DNA from: a virus
Direction: 5' to 3' (one strand)
Length of the DNA stretch: 41,166 bases
Virus record (IMG/VR): IMGVR_UViG_3300037882_000312
This document shows positions 8,568 to 16,577 of the stretch, one piece after another (the stretch's first letter is position 1; each line of letters begins with the position of its first letter). A model generated the notes under the pieces. The model saw only the letters and a list, made by a program, of their open reading frames with translations, had not been told where the DNA came from and did no database searches. The position numbers were made by a program, and so were the translations under genes.

Positions 8568-9144
8568 ATACCCTAACTGGTTTAACATTGCAGCTAAGGG
8601 CTACTTCAGCGAATACCTTCAAGAGTTCAAGGGTAAGCCAAACCTTCACTTCTTACAGATAGGTGTCTATACCGGCGATGCCAGCCTATGGCTGATGAAG
8701 AACATACTTACTGACAAGAGTTCCATCCTTACGGATGTTGATACTTGGCAAGGATCTGATGAAGAGATCCACCATGAGATGGACTTCTCAGATGTCGAGA
8801 AAGTCTACGATGACAAGTTAAAAGATTTTTCTAATGTAATTAAATGCAAGATGGAAAGCCATAAGTTTCTTGCAACCACAGATGATAAAGAGATCTACGA
8901 TTTCATATACATCGATGGAGATCACACAGCACAAGCAGTATTTATAGATGCCAGCCTAGCGTGGAAAGCACTTAAGCCCGGTGGGATTATGGCATTCGAT
9001 GATTATCTATGGGAGCTAGATGCCCCAATCAATCTGCGGCCACAAGCCGCCATTGATCTATTCATTATCTTGATGAAAGACCACTTAACTTTAATAGGAA
9101 CAGGTTCCCAAATATGGATAAGAAAAGAGTTAGAGGCCTACTAG
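8539..9144 (+). CDS. Class I SAM-dependent methyltransferase (201 aa), Methyltransf_24/TylF-like.
   Basis: FLQIGVYTGDASLWL is the SAM-binding motif I. DFIYIDGDHTAQAVFIDASLAWKALKPGGIMAFDDY is the typical IDgdH...pGG..v.dD pattern. Confidence 0.7.
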   Translation: MTSSHPSESKYPNWFNIAAKGYFSEYLQEFKGKPNLHFLQIGVYTGDASLWLMKNILTDKSSILTDVDTWQGSDEEIHHEMDFSDVEKVYDDKLKDFSNVIKCKMESHKFLATTDDKEIYDFIYIDGDHTAQAVFIDASLAWKALKPGGIMAFDDYLWELDAPINLRPQAAIDLFIILMKDHLTLIGTGSQIWIRKELEAY

Positions 9145-10544
9145 CAGTATTCTTCTTAACTTTCGGAACATCAATCTGGTTTATACCAGCATCTCATGCA
9201 GTAAGCACAGGGCCAGCGACAATTACTTGTGCAAAGTCAGATGGAACACAACAGACATTTAATGTTCAATGGGATAACAGTAATTCTTACTTCAATGGTA
9301 AGGGTGATATTGCTAGGTTATTCTGTGAAGGTGGACACGCAGGTAACCAGTTCACAATCTTTGTATCAACATCAGTAACTGATGGGCCACTTCGTTATTA
9401 CAACGGAGTTATGCCTGATCCAACTCCTGCTCCGACTCCGGAAGCTTCTCCATCTCCGAGTCCAACACCGACTCCAACTGAGACTGCAACTCCTTCACCT
9501 GAGCCGACAGCCGACCCAACAGCATCTCCGAGTCCTTCTCCCTCACCTGAGCCTTCACCAAGTCCGACTTCAGCACCATCAAATGAGCCTGCGACTGAGC
9601 CAAGCCCGACTCCAACTCCTGTAGCTTCACCTTCTGCGGAGCCGACCCCTGAACCAAGCCCACAACCCAGCCCGACAGAAACCCAAACATCAGAGCCAAC
9701 GCCAACACCATCTGTTGATCCATCTCCTACACCTTCCCCTGATACTTCAACGGCTGTAACCCCTGTTCCAGCCCCTGTAGAACCTACACCTGCCCCGGCT
9801 CCAGAACCTCAACCGACTCCTCAACCTGTACCAGATCCGGTACGAGAGCCAGAACCGGTGCCGACTCCAACTCCTCTTCCAGATCCTCAGCCTCAACCAA
9901 CCCCACTTCCAGAGCCAACTCCAGCACCTCAGCCCGAACCTGCTCCATCTCCTGAGCCGTTACCCGAACCACCTGCTCCAGAGCCTGAACCACCAGCTCC
10001 AGAACCCGAAGCAATTCCGGATCCTGCCCCTGAGCCAGAGCCTGTTCTAGAGCCAGAGGTAGTTCCTGATCCACCAGCTCCTGAACCTGAGCCTGAACCT
10101 CCATTACCGGTTGAACCTCAGCCAGAGCCAGAACCTGAACCTGCTCCAGAGCCTGTGACAGAACCTGATGAACCTACGCAACCTGAACCCCCTGTTGTAA
10201 TACCTGAAGAAAATGTTACACCCGATGTGGTCGTACTCACAGACGACACGGATCTTGAATCATTGGATCCACAAACTCCAATCGAGTTAGAGAACGGTGT
10301 AGTTCTAACAGCAGAGGTAGTAATTGCGTTGCAGTTATTTGAAAACCCAGCGGAATTACTAGCCGAGATTTTTACAGATCCCGGACAAGTTCTCACAGCA
10401 CTATCCAACATAGGTGCCGACCTATCCCCAGAGGTTCGTGCAAGTGCAGAGAAAGTAATTGTTTCAGCGATCATCGCAGGAAACATTGCAACTCAAGCAG
10501 CGGCTGGGGCCGCCGCAGCAGCAGCCTATAGGAGGAAACCATGA
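9114..10544 (+). CDS. Secreted/membrane-anchored proline-rich envelope protein (476 aa).
   Basis: There is an N-terminal signal or anchor (LLAVFFLTFGTSIWFIPASHA). A small Cys-containing domain follows, then about 265 aa of PT/PS/PE/PEP repeats. The C-terminal domain ends in a hydrophobic stretch plus a basic tail (AAGAAAAAAYRRKP). Confidence 0.75.
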   Translation: MDKKRVRGLLAVFFLTFGTSIWFIPASHAVSTGPATITCAKSDGTQQTFNVQWDNSNSYFNGKGDIARLFCEGGHAGNQFTIFVSTSVTDGPLRYYNGVMPDPTPAPTPEASPSPSPTPTPTETATPSPEPTADPTASPSPSPSPEPSPSPTSAPSNEPATEPSPTPTPVASPSAEPTPEPSPQPSPTETQTSEPTPTPSVDPSPTPSPDTSTAVTPVPAPVEPTPAPAPEPQPTPQPVPDPVREPEPVPTPTPLPDPQPQPTPLPEPTPAPQPEPAPSPEPLPEPPAPEPEPPAPEPEAIPDPAPEPEPVLEPEVVPDPPAPEPEPEPPLPVEPQPEPEPEPAPEPVTEPDEPTQPEPPVVIPEENVTPDVVVLTDDTDLESLDPQTPIELENGVVLTAEVVIALQLFENPAELLAEIFTDPGQVLTALSNIGADLSPEVRASAEKVIVSAIIAGNIATQAAAGAAAAAAYRRKP

Positions 10545-10711
10545 AGTCTTTCTTCTCAGATATAGCCAATCAACTATGGACACTTCTCGGAATGTTCATT
10601 GCTTGGGTTGTACTAGAAGGATCAGCAAAGACAGTAGTTGGTTACGCAATCATTCTATCCCTGATTGTTTGGTCAATTACATTTAAGTTAAGACAAGATG
10701 AGGATGAATAA
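10541..10711 (+). CDS. Small two-TM protein (56 aa), holin-like. It is not in the supplied ORF track.
   Basis: Hand translation gives MKSFFSDIANQLWTLLGMFIAWVVLEGSAKTVVGYAIILSLIVWSITFKLRQDEDE. An aggagg sits 5 nt upstream. The start overlaps the upstream stop (ATGA) and the stop overlaps the next start (TAATG). Confidence 0.65.
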   Translation: MKSFFSDIANQLWTLLGMFIAWVVLEGSAKTVVGYAIILSLIVWSITFKLRQDEDE

Positions 10712-10950
10712 TGGATACATTAAAAAGCATTCTCTCAAGAATCGTTGCAGTAATTGCAGCAGAATCATTGGGAGTAATCGGTGCTGGTTCACTCGTTGGC
10801 ATTGAGGTATGGCAGGCAGCAGTCCTTGCCGGTGCCTTGGGTGCAGCACGAGTATTAGAAGCTCTTGCTCGATTCTATCTAGCAGATGGCCAACTATCAG
10901 CCGAAGAGATCAACGAAGCATTTGCTAAAGTTGATAAGAAGGCGAGCTAA
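10711..10950 (+). CDS. Holin-like membrane protein (79 aa).
   Basis: Two hydrophobic segments (IVAVIAAESLGVIGAGSLVGI, AAVLAGALGAARVL) and a charged C-terminus. The gene lies directly upstream of the endolysin. Confidence 0.65.
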   Translation: MDTLKSILSRIVAVIAAESLGVIGAGSLVGIEVWQAAVLAGALGAARVLEALARFYLADGQLSAEEINEAFAKVDKKAS

Positions 10951-10952
10951 TC

Positions 10953-11465
10953 ATGGGTCAAAGAGCAGACTTTATTGCAGTAGCAAAGGGTGAACTCGAT
11001 GTCATCGAAGGCCCAAAAGATAACGAAACCAAGTATGGAGCCTTTACTAAGGCTAACTTCCTTCCTTGGTGTGGTTCATTTGTCATGTGGTGTGCCAACG
11101 AAGTTGGCCTGAAGATCCCTAACTGTGTATCCACAGTAGCCGGAGCCACAGCATTTATGAAGAAGAATCAATGGGAGAAGGCCAGCGATGAAGCGACCCC
11201 TCTACCCGGAGACATAGTCTTCTTTGACTTCCCTAACGATGGAGTAGATCGCATCTCTCATGTCGGTATCGTGGTCAAGGATAACGGCGATGGTACTGTT
11301 ACCTGTGTCGAGGGCAATACTGCCCCTGATAAGAAGGGTGACCAACGCAATGGTGGACAAGTCTGCCTGAAGGTTCGTGCCTTCAAAAAGAAGAATGGTT
11401 CAAAGCTACGCAAGTCACAAGCCGTGACAGTTGTTGGCTTTGGTAAGCCAGTCTTTAAGTCATAA
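10953..11465 (+). CDS. CHAP-domain peptidoglycan hydrolase (endolysin, 170 aa).
   Basis: The catalytic Cys context is PWCGSFVMWCANEVG. The His context is ISHVGIVV...VEGNT. Both are classic CHAP amidase/peptidase motifs. Confidence 0.85.
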   Translation: MGQRADFIAVAKGELDVIEGPKDNETKYGAFTKANFLPWCGSFVMWCANEVGLKIPNCVSTVAGATAFMKKNQWEKASDEATPLPGDIVFFDFPNDGVDRISHVGIVVKDNGDGTVTCVEGNTAPDKKGDQRNGGQVCLKVRAFKKKNGSKLRKSQAVTVVGFGKPVFKS

Positions 11466-11484
11466 GTCCAAAGGAGGACTAAGT

Positions 11485-11694
11485 ATGAAGATCAACCTAT
11501 TCATGAAGAACCCAGCCGCATGGGCTGGCCTTATTCAGGCATTGGTGGCAGTTGTTGCAACCTATGCAGACATTCCACAGGAAGCAGTATTGGCTTTCAT
11601 TGCAGCAGCAACCGGACTTTCTTTGAAGGCTCAGAAGATCGAGAATGAAAAGACATTGGCAGCTCTGTATACAGATCCAGAAGATGCTGACTAA
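11485..11694 (+). CDS. Small membrane protein (69 aa), last gene of the lysis cassette.
   Basis: The start moves to the ATG at 11485, with aaggagg 7 nt upstream. Hydrophobic core: AAWAGLIQALVAVVATYA...AFIAAATGL. A strong terminator follows. Confidence 0.65.
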   Translation: MKINLFMKNPAAWAGLIQALVAVVATYADIPQEAVLAFIAAATGLSLKAQKIENEKTLAALYTDPEDAD

Positions 11695-11713
11695 AACTTA
11701 ATAGTAACTAGAT

Positions 11714-11742
11714 GGGGCCCCTTCGGGGGCCCCTCTTTTTTT
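11714..11742 (+). terminator. Rho-independent terminator after the lysis cassette.
   Basis: ggggcccc-ttcg-ggggcccc forms a perfect 8-bp GC stem with a tetraloop, followed by tcttttttt. Confidence 0.9.
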
Positions 11743-11947
11743 GTGCCATAAAACTACACCGGTAGAAGAGCTTTAAGAAATGCCCCCCTACCCCCCATAA
11801 AAAATTATGGTGGTTGGGTGCTACACCGTATAGTGTCGCCTTGAAGTTTCTGCCCCACCTCTTGCGAGGTGGCAGGACAATAACACGCCACGCCGACCTT
11901 GGCAAAATGGCCGAATGCTTGTCAGTCCTGTGTGCCACACTTATGCC

Positions 11948-12307
11948 ATGAACGAGAAGCTTGTAGAGGTAGACACAATCTATGCACAGATGTCTGAGTT
12001 CTCGGATCGTTCATTCCGCCCTCATCCTTGGGTAATGGGATTTGCCTATGGTAAAGAGGGAGCAGTATCTGTATGGTGGGATCATGCTTATGAGTCGACT
12101 AAGTATCAACTAGCAAAGTTTGATCTCGTAGATTGGATGCATGAAAATGATTTCATTGCAGACACAATGGTTAACCTAGTGCCATTGCCCGAGGAAAAGA
12201 ATTTGATTTTGCCCGGAGTAATGATTATCTGGAAACCACTCGATGGAGAAGCGAAGATCTCCGAACTGGCAGAGCAATATATAAAGGGGCTACAGAATGT
12301 TGCTTAA
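11948..12307 (+). CDS. Hypothetical protein (119 aa), first gene after the terminator.
   Basis: ORF starting MNEKLVEVD. There is no clear SD, and the alternative TTG at 11915 cannot be excluded. Confidence 0.55.
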   Translation: MNEKLVEVDTIYAQMSEFSDRSFRPHPWVMGFAYGKEGAVSVWWDHAYESTKYQLAKFDLVDWMHENDFIADTMVNLVPLPEEKNLILPGVMIIWKPLDGEAKISELAEQYIKGLQNVA

Positions 12308-12461
12308 AGAATTCTATATCGACAACTTCATAAAAAGAATTGATGCAGCTAAGAAGCCATCAGACTCAGATATATCTGATGCGTGGAATGCAGGTCTAAA
12401 TAAAGCAATTCAAATACTCGAACAGATCAAGGAAGAATCACACAATGCCACACAGCAGTAA
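12297..12461 (+). CDS. Small hypothetical protein (54 aa). It is not in the supplied ORF track.
   Basis: Hand translation gives MLLKEFYIDNFIKRIDAAKKPSDSDISDAWNAGLNKAIQILEQIKEESHNATQQ. It fills the gap between neighbouring genes with short overlaps at both ends. Confidence 0.45.
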   Translation: MLLKEFYIDNFIKRIDAAKKPSDSDISDAWNAGLNKAIQILEQIKEESHNATQQ

Positions 12462-13179
12462 AGAAACCCTATCAATCTCATGGTGTGACAACGGTGTGAC
12501 TGATGGCAAGTTCACAGAAGGACTTGTATACACAATGCTTATGGCACACACAGTTGGTGTGCCTATCAACAATGCAATGAGAGTTAAAGGTAATCAGATC
12601 TCTCGTCAGCGTATGCAGTTGTTCGATCTATGGGCAGACCAAGCTAAGACCGATTGGCTACTATGGGTTGATTCAGATATTGTATTAACCAAAGAAGTTC
12701 TCAAGACTTTATGGGATACAGCAGACAAGGTCTCACGACCTGTTGTATCAGGCGTATACTTTGTATGGAAAGACAGTCTCAATAACTTACCGGTTCCAAT
12801 GCCAACTATCTTCAAAGAAGGTAGAAGTAAATACGAGATTGAATACATACATCCATTACCAGAGAATGAAATTATTCCGATTGACTCTGCTGGGTTTGGC
12901 TGTGTATTGATGCACAAGTCAATCATTCCAAAGCTGAGAGAGAAGTTTCCGGATAAAAGTTTCTTCCACGAGAATGATCTTACGGAAGATAAGTTTATTG
13001 GCGAAGATATTATCTTCTTCAATCTACTGAAAGAAGCAGGGATTCAAGCCTATGCACACACAGGTGCATTGGTTACGCATATGAAGACTTTTCCTTTTGA
13101 TATTTCTTACTATGCACTTTTCTGGACAGCGTATAATCAAGTGCAAGAAAATATGAAAGAGGGTAAAGCAGATGAGTGA
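12445..13179 (+). CDS. GT-A fold (family-2-like) glycosyltransferase (244 aa).
   Basis: WLLWVDSDIVL contains a DxD motif. GFGCVLMHKS and GEDIIFF are typical of GT2-like enzymes. Confidence 0.6.
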   Translation: MPHSSKETLSISWCDNGVTDGKFTEGLVYTMLMAHTVGVPINNAMRVKGNQISRQRMQLFDLWADQAKTDWLLWVDSDIVLTKEVLKTLWDTADKVSRPVVSGVYFVWKDSLNNLPVPMPTIFKEGRSKYEIEYIHPLPENEIIPIDSAGFGCVLMHKSIIPKLREKFPDKSFFHENDLTEDKFIGEDIIFFNLLKEAGIQAYAHTGALVTHMKTFPFDISYYALFWTAYNQVQENMKEGKADE

Positions 13180-14128
13180 GATCAAGGATCTACTTATCCA
13201 AGTTCTACGAGCTAAGGATGCAAGTAAATCTCGTAGCACTCAGGTGCAGATAGGGCCATCAGAACTTGGTGGTTGTTCACGCAAGGTTTGGTTTCGGTTA
13301 AATGGACAAGCCGAAACAAACGACAACGAACTCAAACTGGCGGCCATCATGGGAACTGCCATCCATGCAGAGATTGAGAAATCAATCGAAGCATTAGATC
13401 CCGAAGGCAAGAAGTATCTAGTTGAGACCGAGGTCGAATACAATGGAATGAAAGCCCATATAGATTTATTCATTCCTGAAACTGGTGCAGTCGTTGACTG
13501 GAAGACCACGAAGGTTAAGAACCTAAGTTACTTCCCATCGAAGAACCAGCGTTGGCAAGTTCATACATATGGCTACTTGTTGGAGAAGAACGGTTTTGAA
13601 GTTAAGACTGTAAACTTGTGTGCCATAGCCCGGGATGGTGATGAACGAGATGTAAAGGTTCATACTGAAGACTACGATCCAACCATTGCAGAGGAAGCTT
13701 TGGAATGGCTCGAGAGTATTAAAGAGACAACTGATGCACCTCCTCCTGAAAAGGATGCCAGCTACTGTCAGTTCTATTGCAAGTTCTACGATGCAACTGG
13801 GGAGTTGGGTTGTAGTGGCTTAAAAAAAGAACTTACTAAACCCTCGGAAGTCGAAATTCTAGATACTGAGGTGGACAGCAATGCCTTGTTGTTCTTACAG
13901 TTAGGAAACCAGATCGATGATCTGGAAGCGAAGCGTGAGAGTCTTCGAGCTTCACTCGAAGGCATCTTCGGTAGGACACGGAGTGGGATCGACATCAGTT
14001 GGACAACTGTTGCTGGCCGTGCATCTATCGATGAGAAGGAAGTAGAGAAACTCTTGGGCTTCGTACCTAAAAAACCAGTCGGCAAAGAATCAGTCCGACT
14101 AAACATCAAACACACGAAGGAGAAATAA
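13172..14128 (+). CDS. PD-(D/E)XK exonuclease of the Cas4/RecB family with a Cys cluster (318 aa).
   Basis: GTAIHAEIE ... HIDLFIPETGAVVDWKTTK ... QVHTYGYLL follow the order of motifs I-III and QhxxY. The Cys residues are GGCSRK near the N-terminus plus CQFYCKFYDATGELGC, consistent with a 4Fe-4S cluster. Confidence 0.75.
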   Translation: MSEIKDLLIQVLRAKDASKSRSTQVQIGPSELGGCSRKVWFRLNGQAETNDNELKLAAIMGTAIHAEIEKSIEALDPEGKKYLVETEVEYNGMKAHIDLFIPETGAVVDWKTTKVKNLSYFPSKNQRWQVHTYGYLLEKNGFEVKTVNLCAIARDGDERDVKVHTEDYDPTIAEEALEWLESIKETTDAPPPEKDASYCQFYCKFYDATGELGCSGLKKELTKPSEVEILDTEVDSNALLFLQLGNQIDDLEAKRESLRASLEGIFGRTRSGIDISWTTVAGRASIDEKEVEKLLGFVPKKPVGKESVRLNIKHTKEK

Positions 14129-14129
14129 G

Positions 14130-14537
14130 ATGGCCGAACTAGGCTTTCAAGTATCAACAAAGACAAACGATGGAACAATCTTTGTCATTGCAGATGCAAC
14201 ATATCAAGGCTTCTCACAGAAACTAGCAGAAGCTTTAGATCCAAGTGGTGCCGAGTCGCTACTACAAGCCATGGCTAACGCCTTCACAGGCTCTCAACCA
14301 ATGACAACGCAAGCGATTGCACAAGCATTCAATGCAACTGTAATCACACCACCGCAAGATGCATGGGGTCAGCCAGCGAATGCTGCCCCTACTAACGGCC
14401 CAGTATGTAAGCACGGAGAACCAGCAAAGCAAGTTCCTGCTGGTGTATCCAAAGCATCGGGAAAGCCTTATCGTGCTTTTTATGCTTGCTCACGACCACA
14501 GGGCCAGCAATGCGACTTCAGAGCAAACGCTTCTTAA
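14130..14537 (+). CDS. Hypothetical DNA-binding protein (135 aa) with a C-terminal topoisomerase-type zinc ribbon.
   Basis: CKHGEPAKQVPAGVSKASGKPYRAFYACSRPQGQQCDF resembles the C-x-(C/H)...G.pyF.aCs..p..C.f zinc-ribbon pattern of Topo IA and GRF-type fingers. Confidence 0.55.
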   Translation: MAELGFQVSTKTNDGTIFVIADATYQGFSQKLAEALDPSGAESLLQAMANAFTGSQPMTTQAIAQAFNATVITPPQDAWGQPANAAPTNGPVCKHGEPAKQVPAGVSKASGKPYRAFYACSRPQGQQCDFRANAS

Positions 14538-14815
14538 TGTCGTTGGTGGAGCCGGGTAAGCCTTCTTACCCGGCCTTCACCGGTACCGAAGCTTGTGCAT
14601 CTATCGGTAATGAACATTTCTGCACAGAAGAAAGAGACTTCACACACTATGAAACACTTCGTAATGTGTGTGCCACTTGCCCACTATTAGTATCTTGTTT
14701 TAATTGGGCATTACACAATGAAGACTTCCACTATTGGGGAGGATCTTCTGCAATCGAACGGCGAAAGATCCGTCAAGAACTTAAACTGGAAAGAAAGAGG
14801 AGTGTCGCAGCCTAA
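14537..14815 (+). CDS. whiB: WhiB-like Fe-S transcription factor (92 aa).
   Basis: The start moves to the ATG at 14537, overlapping the upstream TAA. Four Cys are present, including CATCPLLVSC (CxxCxxxxxC), followed by HYWGG (the G[VI]WGG turn) and the basic tail RRKIRQELK. Confidence 0.85.
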   Translation: MSLVEPGKPSYPAFTGTEACASIGNEHFCTEERDFTHYETLRNVCATCPLLVSCFNWALHNEDFHYWGGSSAIERRKIRQELKLERKRSVAA

Positions 14816-15669
14816 TGTTGAACTTACTGCAAGCAGTTCACAGCACAAGCTCCTCTGCTAAACCCTTGCCTGATGTATGGGCTGGACTTAGACAGCATGG
14901 TATGCGATTCCGTCAGTCACAGTTGTGTCTTATCGCAGGTCAACCAAACTCAGGTAAGAGTTTGATGGCGTTGGTATACGCCTTGAAGACAGGAGTTCCA
15001 ACTCTTTACTTCTCGGCGGATACCGACCCTATTACTCAGATGTTTAGAACAGTCGCTGGATTAACTGGGCTACCACAGCAACAGGTTGAAACATATTTGG
15101 ATGCAGACTCACATTACTTTGATCCATTACTACAGGAGAGAGGCTCACATATTAAGTGGGTCTTTGATCCATCACCGGACATTGATGCAATCGAGCTAGA
15201 GATCCTCGCTTATGGCGAGGTCTATGGCATGGCACCTGCATTGATCGTGATTGATAACTTGATGAACTGTGTATCTGTTACTGGTGAAGAGTGGTCTGGT
15301 ATCAGAGCCATTATGTCAGAGCTGCACCATGTTGCTCGTAAGACTGGTGCTTGTGTTCTTGCACTAACTCACATGAGTGAGGCAGGAACTGGAGATCCAA
15401 AGATGCCAGCACCTCGCCGAGCAATACTCGGTAAGGCCTCGCAACTTCCATCGATGATCTTATCTATTGCAATGAACCCGGAGTATCAGGAGTTCAGGGT
15501 TGCAGCAGTTAAGAATAGATTCGGTGAACACTCAGCAGATGCATCTAACTTTGTAACGCTGGGTATCGATGCATCACGAGTTCAGATAGTGGATCGAGAT
15601 GTTCAGGGCATGGCTGATCTAAGACCGGGGGTGAACTTCGTTGGACTCCAAGCAATCTCGGGCCAATAA
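14815..15669 (+). CDS. RecA-fold ATPase, DnaB-C-terminal/RepA-like replicative helicase candidate (284 aa).
   Basis: Walker A is IAGQPNSGKSLMAL and Walker B is ALIVIDNL. Its position next to the primase genes supports the call. Confidence 0.7.
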   Translation: MLNLLQAVHSTSSSAKPLPDVWAGLRQHGMRFRQSQLCLIAGQPNSGKSLMALVYALKTGVPTLYFSADTDPITQMFRTVAGLTGLPQQQVETYLDADSHYFDPLLQERGSHIKWVFDPSPDIDAIELEILAYGEVYGMAPALIVIDNLMNCVSVTGEEWSGIRAIMSELHHVARKTGACVLALTHMSEAGTGDPKMPAPRRAILGKASQLPSMILSIAMNPEYQEFRVAAVKNRFGEHSADASNFVTLGIDASRVQIVDRDVQGMADLRPGVNFVGLQAISGQ

Positions 15670-16018
15670 AAGAAAGGGTGCAACATGGGAGACAGATCTA
15701 GTTGAGTATTTCAGGGAGAAGGAATTCAATCCTGTTGAAAGACTAAGACTCTCAGGCACTAGTGATGAAGGTGATCTGTGGTTATGGGCACCGGACATCC
15801 AAAGTTTTATCGTAGTCGAGGCAAAGAATGAGAAGTCATTCAAGCTTGGGCCATGGATAGAGGAAGCAAGTCTTGAAGTAAAGAACTGGATGAAGAAAAG
15901 AAAGTCTTCGCCAGCGATACCAATAGTTATCGCCAAGCGTAGACAGCATGGCATAGGCAAGTCGTTTGTAATCATGGAGTTAGATACATTTACGGAGGTA
16001 TTAAAATGGAAACAGTAG
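15641..16018 (+). CDS. PD-(D/E)XK nuclease, Holliday-junction-resolvase-like (125 aa).
   Basis: GATWETDLVEYF ... GDLWLWAPD ... FIVVEAKNEK gives an E...D...E-x-K arrangement. The only in-frame start is TTG at 15641. Confidence 0.55.
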   Translation: MDSKQSRANKRKGATWETDLVEYFREKEFNPVERLRLSGTSDEGDLWLWAPDIQSFIVVEAKNEKSFKLGPWIEEASLEVKNWMKKRKSSPAIPIVIAKRRQHGIGKSFVIMELDTFTEVLKWKQ

Positions 16019-16197
16019 TAGGCGTATTGATCGTAGTAGCAGGTGTTGCTTTATATCACTTCTTAGAACACTTGTATTACACATTCGATGCAAGGTTAGA
16101 GCAGAAGAAAATGGAAAAGCGTATTGAAGAATACAACTCTTACCTTAAGCAGTTGGAACGAACACAGAAGAAGAAGCCAGTAAGAAAGACTTACTAA
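16006..16197 (+). CDS. Small membrane protein (63 aa).
   Basis: ggaggt lies upstream. There is an N-terminal TM segment (VVGVLIVVAGVALYHFL) and a basic C-terminus. Confidence 0.55.
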   Translation: METVVGVLIVVAGVALYHFLEHLYYTFDARLEQKKMEKRIEEYNSYLKQLERTQKKKPVRKTY

Positions 16198-16577
16198 TGG
16201 CTGCCGACCCAGAGCTTCTCAAGGCTGTGGTCGAACACTATGGTGGAGAAGTAAGAGAAGGCTATTCAAAGCCTGTTAGATGTTGCTTTCATAACGATAC
16301 TCGAAGGTCTGCTGTTATGAGTACAGACGGCGAGAAGGCAGGGCTTTACTTTTGCCACACTTGTGGCATAGGTGGAGATGCATATTCATTACTCATGTGG
16401 AAAGAAGGGGTGGACTTTCGTGTTGCTTTCGATAGAGCGGCTGACATTGCTAAACGAGTTGGCTACGACATATCACAAAAAGATAAACGAGGAGACGGTC
16501 TCTTACCTAAAAGGTCGGGGGTTCAGTCAGGAACTGGCAAGCGAGCATCTACTGGGAAGCGTACCAGTCGACTGTGA
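16197..16577 (+). CDS. DnaG-type primase, CHC2 zinc-finger part (126 aa as read in this frame).
   Basis: CCFHNDTRRSAVMSTDGEKAGLYFCHTCGIGGDAYSLL is a CHC2 zinc finger. After about residue 95 the frame reads low-complexity sequence (GKRASTGKRTSRL), while primase-like sequence continues in the +1 frame. Confidence 0.7.
   Translation: MAADPELLKAVVEHYGGEVREGYSKPVRCCFHNDTRRSAVMSTDGEKAGLYFCHTCGIGGDAYSLLMWKEGVDFRVAFDRAADIAKRVGYDISQKDKRGDGLLPKRSGVQSGTGKRASTGKRTSRL

Noticed and set aside
9382-10486. Several 80-122-aa ORFs on both strands inside the proline-rich gene (9382..9624 +, 9409..9723 -, 9784..10104 -, 10118..10486 -).
   Set aside because: They are artefacts of the CCN/GAR-rich repeat, which lacks stop codons in several frames. 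The plus-strand 476-aa frame has a signal peptide, a coherent domain layout and translational coupling.
11708-11938. A 76-aa minus-strand ORF in the region between the lysis cassette and the next operon.
   Set aside because: It runs through the strong rho-independent terminator and the promoter-like region, has no SD and reads as odd Arg/Pro/Trp-rich sequence. The region is better explained as non-coding regulatory DNA.
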